From Dicyema japonicum (Eukaryota > Animalia > Dicyemida): a stretch of DNA of 64,000 bases. The notes beneath the pieces were generated by a model. The model was not told where the DNA came from, did not search any database, and was given only the letters and a program-made list of their open reading frames with translations. The translations under genes were made by a program, and so were the position numbers. Shown piece after piece: positions 37,690-50,639 of this stretch. Where the stretch lies: positions 699,695 through 763,694 of the forward strand of contig RDEW01000026.1 in NCBI GenBank assembly GCA_011109175.1, given 5' to 3'. Numbering within the stretch: the first letter of the stretch is position 1; each line of letters starts with the position of its first letter.

Positions 37690-38955
37690 TGAATGTCCAG
37701 CATTAAGATTTGAGGAACGCCATTGCCATAGTGTACTCGTCCTCGTCGACCCACTCAAGAAATTTCCCAACCATAATTTCAGGTTTGCGTCAATGTTCGA
37801 CGAATATATTTTGTGCGTGATAATCTTCTTCGAAACAAAGTCAAAAGCCTTCTGGATATTAATTGAGCATACAATCGTCTTTTCTGTCATGGTCTTTTGT
37901 TAAGGCCATCTGTTATTAACTTCTTAATGATATTTATGTATGTGAAGTTGATCGTCCCTTTTTAAAACCATGCTGAAATCTGACATCCGGGAGGGAATGT
38001 CGCGTGAGTGTCATAACCATCCTTTCTAGGATTCTTTCTGGACTCACAAGAGCGACAAAGGTCTGTAAGAAGCATGGTCCTCCCTTGGTTTCCCAGGCTT
38101 CAGTATTGGATGAATATTCGAAAGTTTCCATATAGCGAGAATACAGTTGAAGTTGATTGAGTAGTTGAAGATGTATGTAGTTCTGATACGCTAATGTGCC
38201 CATCTTTTTTCAACAGAATAACCGGGATCCCTGTCCGGTCTACAGGAATGTGTGTTCTTTGTTCGATAGATCTCCAAAGCGACATCTCCCGGTAGAACAG
38301 ACATTGTTGGATGCCTCCTTTTCGGTTTCGGTTATTTTGTGTGAAAGAATATCCATCCTTTGGAATGGTTTGTGGCTTATTCTCACAAAATGTTTGATAA
38401 ATTTATTCAGGTCCATCTCCAGTTCACAGTCTCCCTCGATGGTGTTTTCAGCATCTTTGACATTTCGCAGCATCCTCCACATCTTGGTAGGTTAACTATT
38501 TTTTTCATAGCACTAGAAATTCGGCCCAGTTTTGTTTTTTAAAGAATTTTTGTATCTTCGTTGATTTTCATGTTCAGTGCACGGATTCTGTTAGTATCAT
38601 GTTCTGTTATGTGTTTTTTACGTTTGAGACAATTCCTTTCTTTTATTAGTTTGATTGTGCTTGTATCATATTTCTTCTTGGTGAGATTTAAGATTCCTTA
38701 TCTGACAAATAGTTTTCTCCCTTCCAGAATCACCTTATTAAAGTGATAGACTGCTCTATCAATTGAGTTGAAATTATTTGGATGGAAATTCAATAGGGAC
38801 GAATCCACGTGTCTTCTGAATCTTGTCCAGTCAGCATTAATATAGTCATAAAAATTGATGTGTTTTGACCGTGTCATTGGTGTACAATTGATCTTGATCA
38901 GAATGGATTATGGTCGTAAGTCATAGTTTACCGACCAGCATATAAGCGGAGCAAG
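37690..38955 (-). mobile_element. Degenerate LINE-A fragment
   Basis: DHNPILIK, FYDYINADW, FQHGFKKGRST, NIQKAFD, LKLWLGNFLSG. Confidence 0.8.
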
Positions 38956-38989
38956 TCATGATTCATATTTGGGTCCTTCATAATGGACA

Positions 38990-41170
38990 GATTTTCTTAT
39001 TGGGAAATAATATGAAATCCCTTTGTGTCGTCTTATTTTTGTCCGTTCTGTTTTTTCCCTGTTAACGGTGAGAAACCATTTCCCAATTATATCTGGTGCT
39101 TTTTCTAGTACATGTTCCAGGAGTTCTTTGTCTTCGGAGATTAGGTTGACATCATCAGCATAAATCACATCTATTTTTCCTTGGTATAATGGTCTCAGTT
39201 CCCTCATAGCGGCCTCCAAGTATATTGTGAATAGTAGCGGAGAGAGGGAGTCTCCTTGAGGAGTGCCTGTGTTTGTTTCAAATTTTTCTTGAGTAGGTTT
39301 TTTTACTCTCACAAGGAGCTCTGTGTTAGATAGAAGGATTTGGATCATTCTCAGAATTGATTTGTCAATAAACCCTTCCAGCACTGTCATCAATTTGTTT
39401 CTGTTATTATTATTATTATTACCCCAGGATCACTGGGTCAAAGAGAAAGAAATAAAAGTTCTCATCTAACTAAGTGATCCAGACCGACAAAGGTGAGGAC
39501 GAGTCCGGCGGGGTCTAGAATCCTGAACAGCTCTTTTCATAGGACATGGCATCGGCTCACAATTTCTGTATGATTGTAGATAATTCGATAGTATTTGGAA
39601 TAGAGGGCAGCTCGGTAGAACAGCCTCCTTTAATAGTTTCGTTGTTTTTCAATTAAAAAATTTTCAATAGGTTGGATGTTGTGATCTGGTCCAATTAACC
39701 TTATTGCAGTCTCCTCGATTGCAGATAACTTCAATGTGGAAGATCGTGACATTTGCATTGCCCATGAAGGACTTGCATACGTCATCGTTGGTCGGATGAA
39801 TTGTTTGTAAATCGTAGCAAAGATCCCAGTTTGATCTCTAAATATTTTTGAGAGCACTTTTAAAATTCTCATTTTTTCAGAGCAGAAGTTACTCTGTTTT
39901 CAACATGCCGGATAAAGGTGAGTCCCTGATCAAAGGTTACTCCCAGAATCTTCGGTGTTTTGTTAATAGAGATAGCTTCGTTCTTCATAAAGACTTTTGG
40001 TTCGATACAGAGCTGTCTCTTGTAGGTGGTAAACAGTGTGACAAAGGACTTTGCTGCTGATGTGTCAAGTCTCCGCTTCGAGAGCCATAGTTCCAAGTTA
40101 TCGAGCATTTGTTGAGCCAACTGAGTCGCTGATTGAATGTTTCTGTCCTTGGAGGCAAGAATGATATCGTCGGCATAGGAGAGGATTAGACAGTTTTCAT
40201 TACAGGTTTGTGGCATGTCGTTTATGTAGAGATTGAAGAGTAGGGGTGATAGTGGTGAGCCTTGAGGGACTCCATTTGGGAAATAGCGAGATCTTGATTT
40301 GATGTTGTTGCAGAGCACTTGTGCTCGTCTTCCATTTAGGAAGTTTCCAAGCCAAAGTTTCAGGTTCGGATGGATGTTGGTTTCATATATTTTCTTTGTT
40401 AGAAGTTTCCTAGGGACTGAGTCGAACGCTTTTGTGATGTCCACGGATATAAGTACTGTCCTCTGATGGGGTTTTGGGGAGTTAAATCCTTCCGCAATGA
40501 ATTGTGTGAGGGTTGTAAGGTGTGTTGTCGTCGAATGGTTGTCCCGGAATCCGTGCTGGGTCGGAGGTATTGAGATTGAGTCTTGTATTTTTTCCAAAAC
40601 AAGCCTTTCAAGGATCCTTGAGACCGGACTTAGAATAGATATTGGGCGATAGGAAGATGGTTCATCTATTGGTTTGTTGGGTTTTCGGATAGGTCTGATT
40701 AGAGACTTCTTCCATATTTCAGGGATTGTATTTGTGTTAATGGAGAGGTTGAATATATAGGCTAATAGTTCCAGGGCTCGATGGCCTAGGTGCTTCAGTT
40801 CACATGTGGTTATGTTGTCTGGTCCTTTGGCCTCTGAGTTGTTGGGCTTAGATATGGCTCTGCGAACATCCTGACTAGTAAATAGGATCCAGTTATCGGA
40901 GCGTTTCGGTTCAATCTTTTTCAGGAATACTTGGTGTTCTTTTGAAAACTTCCTGTAGGATATAGATGTGTAATATTTTATCAGAGTGTCTGGTTTTTAT
41001 GCCGAGTTAAAGCTTTTGATAGATCTATTCCCAGAATGTGGGTGGCATTGTAATATTTTTGATGTGTTGCACATCTTCATCTGTAACTCCAGACTGCATC
41101 AGTTGTTGATCTTCCTTCTCTGAACCCACTTTGACTTTCGGGTAGTCAGTCATAGGCGGTCCTTTTGTTC
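38990..41170 (-). mobile_element. LINE-A (39405-~41170) inserted next to or into an RTE RT fragment (38990-39404)
   Basis: 242-aa ORF 39869-40597 with QHGFR, DITKAFD, GVPQGSPLSP, YADD; (TAA)n tail ~39405-39421; then RTE GTPQGDSLSPLLF...YADD. Confidence 0.88.
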
Positions 41171-42935
41171 GTTCCAATACAATGTTAGCTAAGACTTTCC
41201 GTAGAGAATTTGATTATATAATTGATCGTAAGGTTTCAGCCGGTCCTTTGGGTTTATTGGGATTTGTATAGGTATTAGTAATCCCGTTCCCAGGGGTAGA
41301 GTTGAGTTAGTTGAAAACATTTCATTTGTAGTGTAGCGATTTTTCCAAAAATAGGTCAGGCCGTATTTCAATAATTCTGGGTTATCGTATCTGGTCCGGG
41401 GCTTCTGTTATTTTTTAGTTTTTGACAGGCTATTTTTACTTCCAAAATTGTAATTGCTACTTTCAAAGGTCTAGGCTTTCCTTTGAATGGGGGGATTGAT
41501 GCAGTCAAATTAAAAAGTTTCTCAAAATGTGTTGCAATTACCTCCGCTTGCTCTTCAGTATTCAGTAATGCCTTGCCATTTTTGTCTTTGATGATTATTC
41601 AATCTTCCGGTTTGTGTGGCGTAGTAAACGACGGCCATATACATTTGTGAATTATCTTTTAGTTTGGATACTTCATTGATTTTGCGAAGCAGTTTTCTTG
41701 GTGGAGTGTCTTGTTCAGTCTCTGATTTTTCTCCGGATTTTGTCCCTCTGCCCTGAAGGGCTTTTCTTCGTTATAGTCTTTTTGTTTAGAATTTTTTGTA
41801 TGAATTTCTTTTAACTCTTTTGCTAACTCTTTTGATAGTTCTGCATGTATCGTCCGACCTATACTGGTCATCTGCTGCGTGCCGAGGTACTGGCTTGCTG
41901 CTTCGTTTATTATATTCTTTGTGCGATCCCACGAAACTCCTACTGTTAGGTCCTTCAGATGAGAGCATGTATTTTTTATAATTTATGAGAGATCAGTTTT
42001 TCCGTTGCATATCCATTTCTTGTATTCTCATTATTATTGTTGTAATATTATTATGTTTCTTATGTTTGATACCATGTTTCGCCAGGCTGAAGGAGACAAT
42101 AACCATTCTGTGATCGCTGACAGTTTTTAAACTTTCGTATGAGCGTGCGTTAATAAGAAAGCGTTTGTCATTGATCCGGCATATAATATAGTCAATTTGG
42201 TTGTATATAGGGACTAGTTTTTCTTCTGGGTTTCTTTGTTCGCCCATCCAAGTGGTTATGTGGCATCCACGATAAGAGAATGCGGTGTTGCACAAGAACA
42301 GTTTGTTTGCCGTGCAGAAATGGGCAAGTATGGTCCCAGGCAAGTTTCTTTTCCCACGTCCGTGTCTTCCCATGAAGGTATCTTCTGAGTTCTTTTTTGT
42401 TCCAATTTTTGCATTCAGATCTCCAGCAATGAATATAAGTGAGGACGACTTATATTCATTATACGTCTTTGATAATGCTGAGTAGAATTCATCCAGTTCG
42501 GTCGCGTAGTTTGTCACTCTTCCACAGTGTGGTGCATATACATTTATAATTGTTGTACATTTAGAAGAACATTGGTTGTTCAGACGGATCTGTATTACGC
42601 AGATCCTGTCATTAACCCGCCAAATGCGACTAATGTCAGATGATAGTTTTCTGTGAATGGCGAATCCAAGACCATAGTGTTTTGAGTCACTGGGTAGCCA
42701 TATTATATTTTTCATGTTTTTATCGAGATGGTATGTAATTTTCGTCTATTGTATACAGCCAATAGAAACGTTATATTTTTCTAGGTCATCACAGAGGATT
42801 TCTTGACTGAGGTTTAGATATTCCTCTAGCATTGAACGTAAGAAGCTTTAGGACATATTCTCTTGTGCTTTTTAGACATTTTTCTTAACCGTTGTACAGA
42901 GAAGAAACGAGGCACCACCTCACCAAACTTTATTT
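41170..42935 (-). mobile_element. 5' part of an RTE-clade LINE (endonuclease and linker)
   Basis: LKLLTFNARGIS, SKHYGLGF, INVYAPH, AGDLNAK, YNQIDYII, SDH; same family as 25049-28087; probably continuous with 38990-39404 before the LINE-A insertion. Confidence 0.85.
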
Positions 42936-43993
42936 ATTAAAAAGAGATGTATCATAAACTAGCTGAGAACATCTTATAATACAATGTTTTTCGTTTTACC
43001 GGTTGTATCCACCATGACTTTTACCTAAGATAAAACATAGTTAATCTATCTCACATTCTCTTTAAAATTTCCCTTGCTCAAAGCAACGTAGATTTGTCCA
43101 TGTTGAAACAAACGTCTTTCCGAAAGCACCAATACCTTGTTCATCGTCTGTCCTTGGGCTTTGTGTATGTCTGGAAATTGAGTTCTCTCTAACGGTATCT
43201 TCCTCTTCCTAACAGATTTTAATTCTTGGAATCATTACTACTGCCTTTTAAAATTTTATCCGCGAGTTATGGTGCCACATACAACATTGAGCTTTAATTA
43301 GTATCCACACTTACAGGATGATATTGATCGAGATTTTAAGAAACTTCTTTACATCTGACTTTTTCGACAACGTTTATTTGTTCAAAACTTTCACAAATGG
43401 AACGCNTATTCCTCTAGCATTGAACGTAAGAAGCTTTAGGACATATTCTCTTGTGCTTTTTAGACATTTTTCTTAACCGTTGTACAGAGAAGAAACGAGG
43501 CACCACCTCACCAAACTTTATTTATTAAAAAGAGATGTATCATAAACTAGCTGAGAACATCTTATAATACAATGTTTTTTGTTTTACCGGTTGTATCCAC
43601 CATGACTTTTACCTAAAATAAAACATAATTAGTGTATCTCACATTCTCTTTAAAATTTCCCCTGCTCAAAGCAACGTAGATTTGTCCATGCTGAAACACA
43701 GGTCTTTCCAAAAGAACCAATACATTGTTTATCGTCTGTTCTTGGACTTTGTGTATGTCTGGAAATTGAATTTTCTCTAACGGTATCTTCCTCTTCCAAA
43801 CAGATTTTAATTCTTGGAATCATTACCACTTGGCTTTTAAATTTTATCCACAAGTTATGGTGCCACATACAACATTGAGCTTTATTTAGTATAGACACTT
43901 ACAGGGTGATTTTGATCGATATTTTTAGAAACTTCTTTACATCTGACTTTTTCGACAACGTTTATTTGTTCAAAACTTTCACAAATGGAACGC
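42819..43993. repeat. Tandem 587-bp duplication joined by a single N (probable assembly/haplotype overlap)
   Basis: 42819-43405 is repeated at 43407-43993; N at 43406; the ends are identical and there are scattered substitutions in the middle. Confidence 0.85.
42960..43400 (-). pseudogene. Helitron Pif1-family helicase C-terminal fragment (second copy at ~43550-43990)
   Basis: VMIPRIKI, RTQFP, HKAQGQTMNKV, FQHGQIYVALSK and KNIV..DVL match Helitron helicase motifs V-VI and the C-terminus; frameshifted. Confidence 0.75.
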
Positions 43994-44049
43994 AAATATT
44001 TCGATCAGTTCGCCTTTTGCAGAGGGAAGTTCAACCTACGAATATTTGA

Positions 44050-46015
44050 ATTCACGACAGTCAAGGAAGAAATGTATTGGATAATAAAGAAAAAACTGAG
44101 ATTATTGCCGAACATTTTTCAGGACTTTTAAATGAAAATGAAACCTCATATGTGGAGCCATTTGAGAAATCACCAAAATCTACCAATATCTACAGAGGAA
44201 ACTAACCTGGCAATCATTAAATTAAACAACAGCATGGCAGCGGGACCAGACAACATGCACTAGGCGAACTGACAACCCTCATTACAAAGATTTTCAATAA
44301 GGTATTTGATACGCATTCCCCTTGAAACTTGGTGATGGAATTTTGATTCCTCTGCATAAACCAGGAAAGAGCAAGGGATCGATAAAAAATCATACAAATC
44401 CGCCTAAACGACTTTCCTCCTTTGAAGAACTTTCTGACAATTATAAATGCTTATGCGCCACACTGCTGGAGAGTAGCGAAAGATCCGACAGAACTAGACG
44501 ACTTCTATTCAGCACTGTTACGGACGTACAACAAATATGAGCCGTCATCACTAATACTCATTGCTGGCGATTTGAATGCGAAAATTGAGATTAAGAATAA
44601 CCCGGATGATGTTGTCTTGGGAGAACATGGACGTGAAATAAGAAACCTACCCGGGACAATACTTGGTCACTTTTGTATGGCAAACAACCTTTTCCTATGT
44701 AACACTGCATTTACCCAGCCTGCCACAAAACTACGTGGATGGGGAAGCGAAGGAACTCAGAGGTAAAGGTGGTCCAATATATGCCGGGCTAAAGAACAAA
44801 CACCTTCTAGTAAACGGACGTTCATATGAAGGCTCGACGACTGTAAGCGACTACAAGATGGTTATCGCGACCTTCATTTTGAAAAACATGCTATCAAATA
44901 CAAGAATGCTAAAAATCACGAATTTGAGAAAGTCAGAGGCGATTACGCGACTGAAAGGCTGATTTCCCTACCGGAGACTACTGAGAGATATCAACAATAC
45001 ATTTAGACTCATATGCAGGACGTATTGGCGGATACCTCGTTAGAAGACGCCTGGAAACACATAAAGGATACCCAACAAAGCTGCTGAGCCATGTCTTGGC
45101 AAAAGGGAGAATAATAAAATGTACCTGAAGGCTATTCATCCAGAAGTTCCTGAGCTTGCGAAAAGTTTAAAAGATATAAACATGAGAAAATCAAATTCTA
45201 CTGACACTAATACGAGAAAAGCCCTTCAGGGCAAAAGGCAACTTGTCAGAAAAAAATAAAAAGTCTGAACAAGAAGCTTTTCCTAGAAAAAATAGCTTCC
45301 TGCATAGAAGAGGTAAACAAAGTGAAAGACAACGCACAGGTGTAGGTCGCTGCTCGATTACTGAGGCGAACAAATCAAAGTCGACTAACCATAAAAGACG
45401 AGAACGGTAAGCTGATACTGAACACCGAAGAACATACTGAAGCCATCGCAGCTCACTTTGAAAAGCTTTTCAACATCTATGGCTCAATCAAAGAGGTATC
45501 AACACGAAAATGAGAATCCTATTATACGACTCATTCATAAAACCCGTACTTTTATATAACACTGGAACTTGGGCGACCTCATCAGCGGATATGGAAAAAC
45601 TAGACTCGTTCCACAGAGGTCAGCTAAGAAAAATAACAGGAACTACTTGGCCTACGAAAATATTGAGGAATGCTTTATATAAGAAATGCAGCAGCTTAGA
45701 AGTACTGGAATCCCGATGGAAGCTCTTCGGACACGTTCTGAGGATGGAATTAACATCCCCACCGAACATATCTATGGAAACATACTATGTTAGTCAAGAA
45801 GCCCGCTATCGTGGAAGACCTAGAACAACACTGCCAATAGTTTTACAAAAAGACCTAATCAATATTAAAAGAAATCTAAAAAATGCCGACGACCTGGACA
45901 TCATGAGAGCCTTGCCTAGGAACAGGTGAGGATGGAAAAGGATGAAATCTAATTTTGTATATTTTGCTGCACATGCTATTATTAGTATGGCTCTCGTGAA
46001 GTGCTTAAATAATAA
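44050..46015 (+). mobile_element. Rearranged RTE-clade fragments
   Basis: GILIPLHKPGKSKG, INAYAPH..AGDLNAK, LYNTGTW, RWKLFGHVLRM, GRPRTTLP; 3' motif TATGGC..AAGTGCT + A/T tail at ~45985-46015. Confidence 0.82.
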
Positions 46016-46519
46016 TCTTATTAATACTATTCCATGTTATACTGGAAGTCATCACAATTTACATTAAAAGAATTATATCATTAAAGTTTCTTGCAGAGAG
46101 GACGACTTTAACCATGCAGTGGCTATGATTTCTACTTTTCTCCAGGACGTCTCAGTTACCCGAATCGAAAACGTCAGGGGAAAGGCGTTCTCGATTCTGA
46201 GAGCAGCCAGTAGTTGTATACTGTTGGTTTTTAAATTTATTTTTAAAAAAGACAAAGATCTGTTTTGAGTAAAAATGATAATCTTGAATGCTTGATAAAA
46301 TTGTTATATTAGGCGTTGTGGAGTGTTATAGCAGTTGTAGTAGGTTTGTAAATTATTAAATACACTTCAATAAGATTGCGGTGTTTTTCTGATTTGTTAG
46401 TGTTCACATAAGTATCGTTGATCCTGGATCCTCGACCAGAATTAATAGCAGCGAGATTATAACCCGGAACAATCTGGATTTGGTATGGAACTTATTACAC
46501 ACATTTTATGTACTATTTA

Positions 46520-46810
46520 TTAACCCCGGATACACCGAGAAAGAAGTTAAAGTAAACAACTAATTAAGTGTATCCAGTTTCCACTTCCACAGAGTCCATC
46601 AGGAATCAGCATAAAGGTAAGACGTCCATTACATGCAGTTGTGGAAACCCCTCCAGTGGAGTGGGGAAGAGCAAATGATCCTTTTTCATGCCGCCCTGGC
46701 ACTGGGCGTCACCTAGACAGGTGGATCACATGACGCCACTCTATTAGGAAGAGAGAGGAGGAACAGACAAGCAAGCAGAAAAATTAAACCAATTAACCAC
46801 GCAGCACCAC
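46520..46810 (-). mobile_element. ~290-bp non-autonomous LINE-A partner, copy 2
   Basis: Reverse-complement homologue of 9380-9672 including the GGATACAC/GTGTATCC hairpin; carries a short insertion relative to copy 1. Confidence 0.7.
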
Positions 46811-46811
46811 A

Positions 46812-47170
46812 TGTATTATTAACACAGGATTCACAAGTTAACAAATAATTAAGTGTATTCAGTTCCTACTGTCAAAAAAGCAGAAGGATTTTGCTACTAC
46901 TTTTCCTCTTCTACCAGTGAGAAAGTTCCCTAGCCATCTTTCGAAAATGCTGGGGATTTCTGAGTAGATCTTCTTCGATAAGATTTTTCTGGGAACTGAG
47001 TCAAAAGCCCTACGGATGTCAACCTGACAGAATAAAGTTTTGAGGTGCTTAGGCACCTAAAACACTTAAGACATATGGATCCTATCAAGTCACTTTAGTA
47101 GAAATAGTAAAAGGAGGAACAGAAAGAAAAACAGAAATCTTCAACCAAGTAACCACATGGAGCCATGATA
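46812..47170 (-). mobile_element. Internally deleted LINE-A derivative: 5' segment like the 290-bp element + RT fragment + 3' tail
   Basis: 47110-47165 resembles 46755-46805; ORF 46859-47056 has DIRRAFDSVPRK..WLGNFLTGRRGKV; 3' GAATACACTTAA...GTGAATCC tail. Confidence 0.6.
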
Positions 47171-47508
47171 ACGTTCCGACGACATGGCTAAGACCTTGGA
47201 ACCCAATTTATTTATTTGAATTAAATTATATAATTCCAAAGACCAAGGGTAAGCTAACTAACTAACTCATTGATTCTGACGCCTTCCAGAACTTGTCTCC
47301 AGGTAACGACATTGTCCCCGGGGACAATGTTTACAACCAAAAATTACCAAAAAATATAAGAATCACCGGAACTCAAGTTATAATTACATTAATTTAAAGT
47401 TAATAATTTAAAACCATATTTAAAAAATAAATATTCAAATTATTAAATAAAAAGGCGGGTGGTATCGATCATTTATCATTACCCTTGTTAGTGATTTGTC
47501 ACCAAAAT

Positions 47509-49577
47509 ATGAGTCAAGATAACAGTAGAAATTACTACCCTGGTGTACCACATCCCCCCAATTCAAACAACATGTGGTATACCGATCCCTATCTGGATCC
47601 GTCTGCAATGTCTGACATATCCATGCCGTATATGAATTACCAGAGGAGTGAAATGGATGCTATGTCAGAATTCAGTCTTCCCACCCGCACAGGGACTGAT
47701 GTAAGCTCAGACTGGACACGATCCCTTCCTCCAAGTTTTCTTTATTCCTGAACCTCAGCCTTTGAAAACTTTGAACGACCTGTCCCGTCCGTTTCCAGTG
47801 ACCACGCAATACCTGGCTGTAGATTCGACGTAGAAAGTGCCAAACGGAAGATCCCCGAAGTAATTCGAGCCCTTTCCAGCGACGACATTCGAGTGGTCCT
47901 TCAGGCAACCAAGGCTATCTTAACATTAACTCGACAACTCCCAATTCGCCTCATTCTAGTAGTCTTAATATTAAATCTAGTCCACCCAACTTCTCCAATC
48001 ACTAATTAAAGTGGCAGAAAAGTTTCAGGCCTTGGAAGTACTGGGAGAGGTCTTAGCTAGTGTTCAGTATCTATCTATGTCCAGTCCACAGGCTTGCCTC
48101 CTTATATTCCAGTATTCTGGGATCCCTCTCCTCCTCAATCTTCTCAGGTGATCTTGGATCTAACTTTAGCTATAATAACGATATTATCGTCTACTTTTCG
48201 ATGGTGATCCTTCACAATGTGATACTCTCGTGTGAACTCTCTCACCCAATCCTCAGGAAGAACATTCATATCTTCATTAACCTCCTCAGAAAGCCTCATG
48301 TGAAATTCTTGCCATTACAATTAGACTGCTTGCAGTTGATTTGCCGAGGTAGCCAAGAAGCTAAGGTCCCGTTTACCTTTACTTCAGAAAGCTGTGTTTA
48401 GTTGTAATGGGCACGAGGAACTAGTTAGTCTTCTCTTCTCCAACAAGTACGAGAAGCTTTTGTGGTCCATTGTCCGATTGGTGAAAGTACTATCAGTAGA
48501 TAGGGAAGGAAAGTCTCTCCTCATACGAGCGGGTATGGTCTCCTTTAACTTTCAAGGGATTGTGCAGGCTCTCTGCAAGCATCTAGAAGGGACAAGTGAC
48601 CGATACATGCAAAACGCCATGTCGATTTTACGGAATCTGTCGGACGAGGCCCTGAAGATGGTAATAGAGTGTTGTAGCTTAGCCGGGAATGTACAATCTC
48701 GTTGGTCAGTTAGCTCGTGTTCTCGAAAATGACGATCCAGCATAATGGAGCCTACTCTATGTGCATTGATGAACCTCACTTGCACCAATCACGAGAACAA
48801 GCAAACGTTGACACGTGAAGGGGGCATCAACATGATTTTGCGATGTCTCCACGTTAATGGAAGAATAGAGAACATTGTAGAGCCAGCAGTACCACACATC
48901 TTATATCTTAGATTGGACTTTTACGAGTTTTATCTTCCCGAGGACCTCAGGGGGAGTTGTTGAGGACTCAATTACATAACACAGGGGGAATTGAGCTTAT
49001 AAGGAACGCCTTTGACCATGTGCCAAGGAATTATGCCATTTTGAAGCACCTGACTTATTTGGTGAGGAACTTGGCGACGTCCACCCTGTTTGTGAACGAA
49101 CTGGTAATGTACGGAGTTGGGAATAAGCTGTTGGAAGGGATGAACAAAGTCTTTAATGCTTTGAGTCAGGTGGGAGTTTGCTGACTTTAGGGTGTGACCA
49201 CTATCCCTGAGCAGAACGTGAACCTAGAAGTGCTTCTGGAGAATTGTATTGGGATTCTGCAATACCTTGCTAGGGAACCGATGGGAAGGGAGATTATTTT
49301 GTCGTCTAACTGTCTGCATGTGTTTATTCAAGTGAAGGAATATTAATTAGTAGATATTGTTTTCTGGACCCAGTGATGAGATGATGTTGGTTACATGTGG
49401 ATTATTATTTGAATTGGCGGTGGAGCCATCGACTGTGGATTATTTGAGACATTTTGATGTTGTGAATGTTTTATCCAAAATGTTGGAGAATAGAGATGAT
49501 CCAATATGTATTTATTGCTATTATTTGTAGACACTTATATTACGACTATTATAATGAAGGTTAATGGACAGTGCTAA
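47509..49577 (+). CDS. Divergent beta-catenin/armadillo/plakoglobin-family protein
   Basis: Spliced ARM repeats follow beta-catenin order: AKRKIPEVIRALSSDD, YFSMVILHNVIL, HVKFL..LDCLQLICRGSQEAK, YEKLLWSIVRLVKVLSV, ILRNLSDEA, LMNLTCTNHENK..GGI, ENIVEPA|IGLLRVLSSR, LVRNLA, LLENCIGILQYLAR, GLLFELA, YTYITTIIMKVNGQC*; ~11 micro-introns. Confidence 0.9.
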
Positions 49578-49654
49578 TATTGGTTATTTTGTTTTATTGT
49601 GTTCTATATTTTCTAGGTTTAGGTTAAAATTTTATTAACAATAAAATATTATTA

Positions 49655-49925
49655 AGGAGAGCGGCTGCTGACATCACGGAGTGAGCGTTTCAGCGGACAA
49701 CTGCGATACCAATTCGTTGCCTCAGCCAAACCGCTTCCCGCACGTCTTTCTTGCGGTGGACCAATTTCCTCCGATTTCCTTTAGGAAAGAGACTTTAATA
49801 CTTCCAGCCACACCAAACGTCTCGATTGCTACCGGTACAAAATAATAGCGGTCTCCAATTTCGCCATATTTTTTAATCTTGATTTTCTCGGCCAATCGGC
49901 TGCCGATCCAGCAGACTGCGCTGAG
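49655..49925 (-). mobile_element. CRE-clade REL endonuclease C-terminal fragment
   Basis: AEKIKIKKY..YYFVPVAIETFGV..FLKEIG; WLRQRIGIAVVR.NA.SV. Confidence 0.72.
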
Positions 49926-50639
49926 TATCATCGAGTTCGAGAAAAAATCCACAAGTGCAGTCCCATACGAGCGATTTTCCCTCATTTGTGTTGTAGGTTA
50001 ATTGCTTATTGGCCTAAGTAGAGTTTGGGTATTTTTGTTATTAACAATATGTGATCTAGTAATATTATAATTTTCTTTATTGTTGATGTTGTATACGTGT
50101 CAGAATTAGTTTTATGTCAACTTGTGAGGGATGTCTGTTTATAGTGGGGTCTGTGTGATATTTATTTTGTAATGTTTTGTTGAAACTTGATGTAATAAGC
50201 ACTATATTACAATTCACTTTAAAGTATTTTTTATCAATTTATTATCGATTTGATTATAACATTTAATTAATGCAGCCATTTGACACGGCAATTTAATTAA
50301 AAAAATTAATTATTTTTATTAATAAAATTTAAATTAATTTAATGATGCTACAAAACAGTGAGATTCCATATTATTCTCAAGTAGACAAATTGATTTTAAT
50401 TCAAAGCTTCTTTAAACTGTTAAACGTTAGTTACTCGCAGATGTTACAAATTAGTTGCAACCATGTATGATGAAAATTTTGCTAGCAGTAAAAAAATAAT
50501 TTATATTTCATTGAGGGTTTTAAAAATGGTGGAAAATGATATGTGTGTTGTTTGGAAAGGATGAGTCTAATTCTGACCTTATTATTATCTAATCACTTCA
50601 ACCAACTGGTATTAATTAAATTATTCAAAAGGCAAACTA

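Noticed and set aside
42880-42930. HDV-like ribozyme at the RTE 5' end
   Set aside because: Only a simple GAGG/CCTC hairpin with CCTCGT; the nested double pseudoknot could not be built.
42819-43993. Biological tandem duplication of a Helitron/RTE junction
   Set aside because: The copies meet at a single N and look like overlapping contig or haplotype ends.
12365-48745. Nuclear C-insertion RNA editing suggested by several missing C's at Pro codons
   Set aside because: Other frameshifts need G or A (LRRC9 ~21192, RBM22 ~12445, DNAL1 A-runs) and all lie in homopolymers; sequencing error is far more parsimonious.
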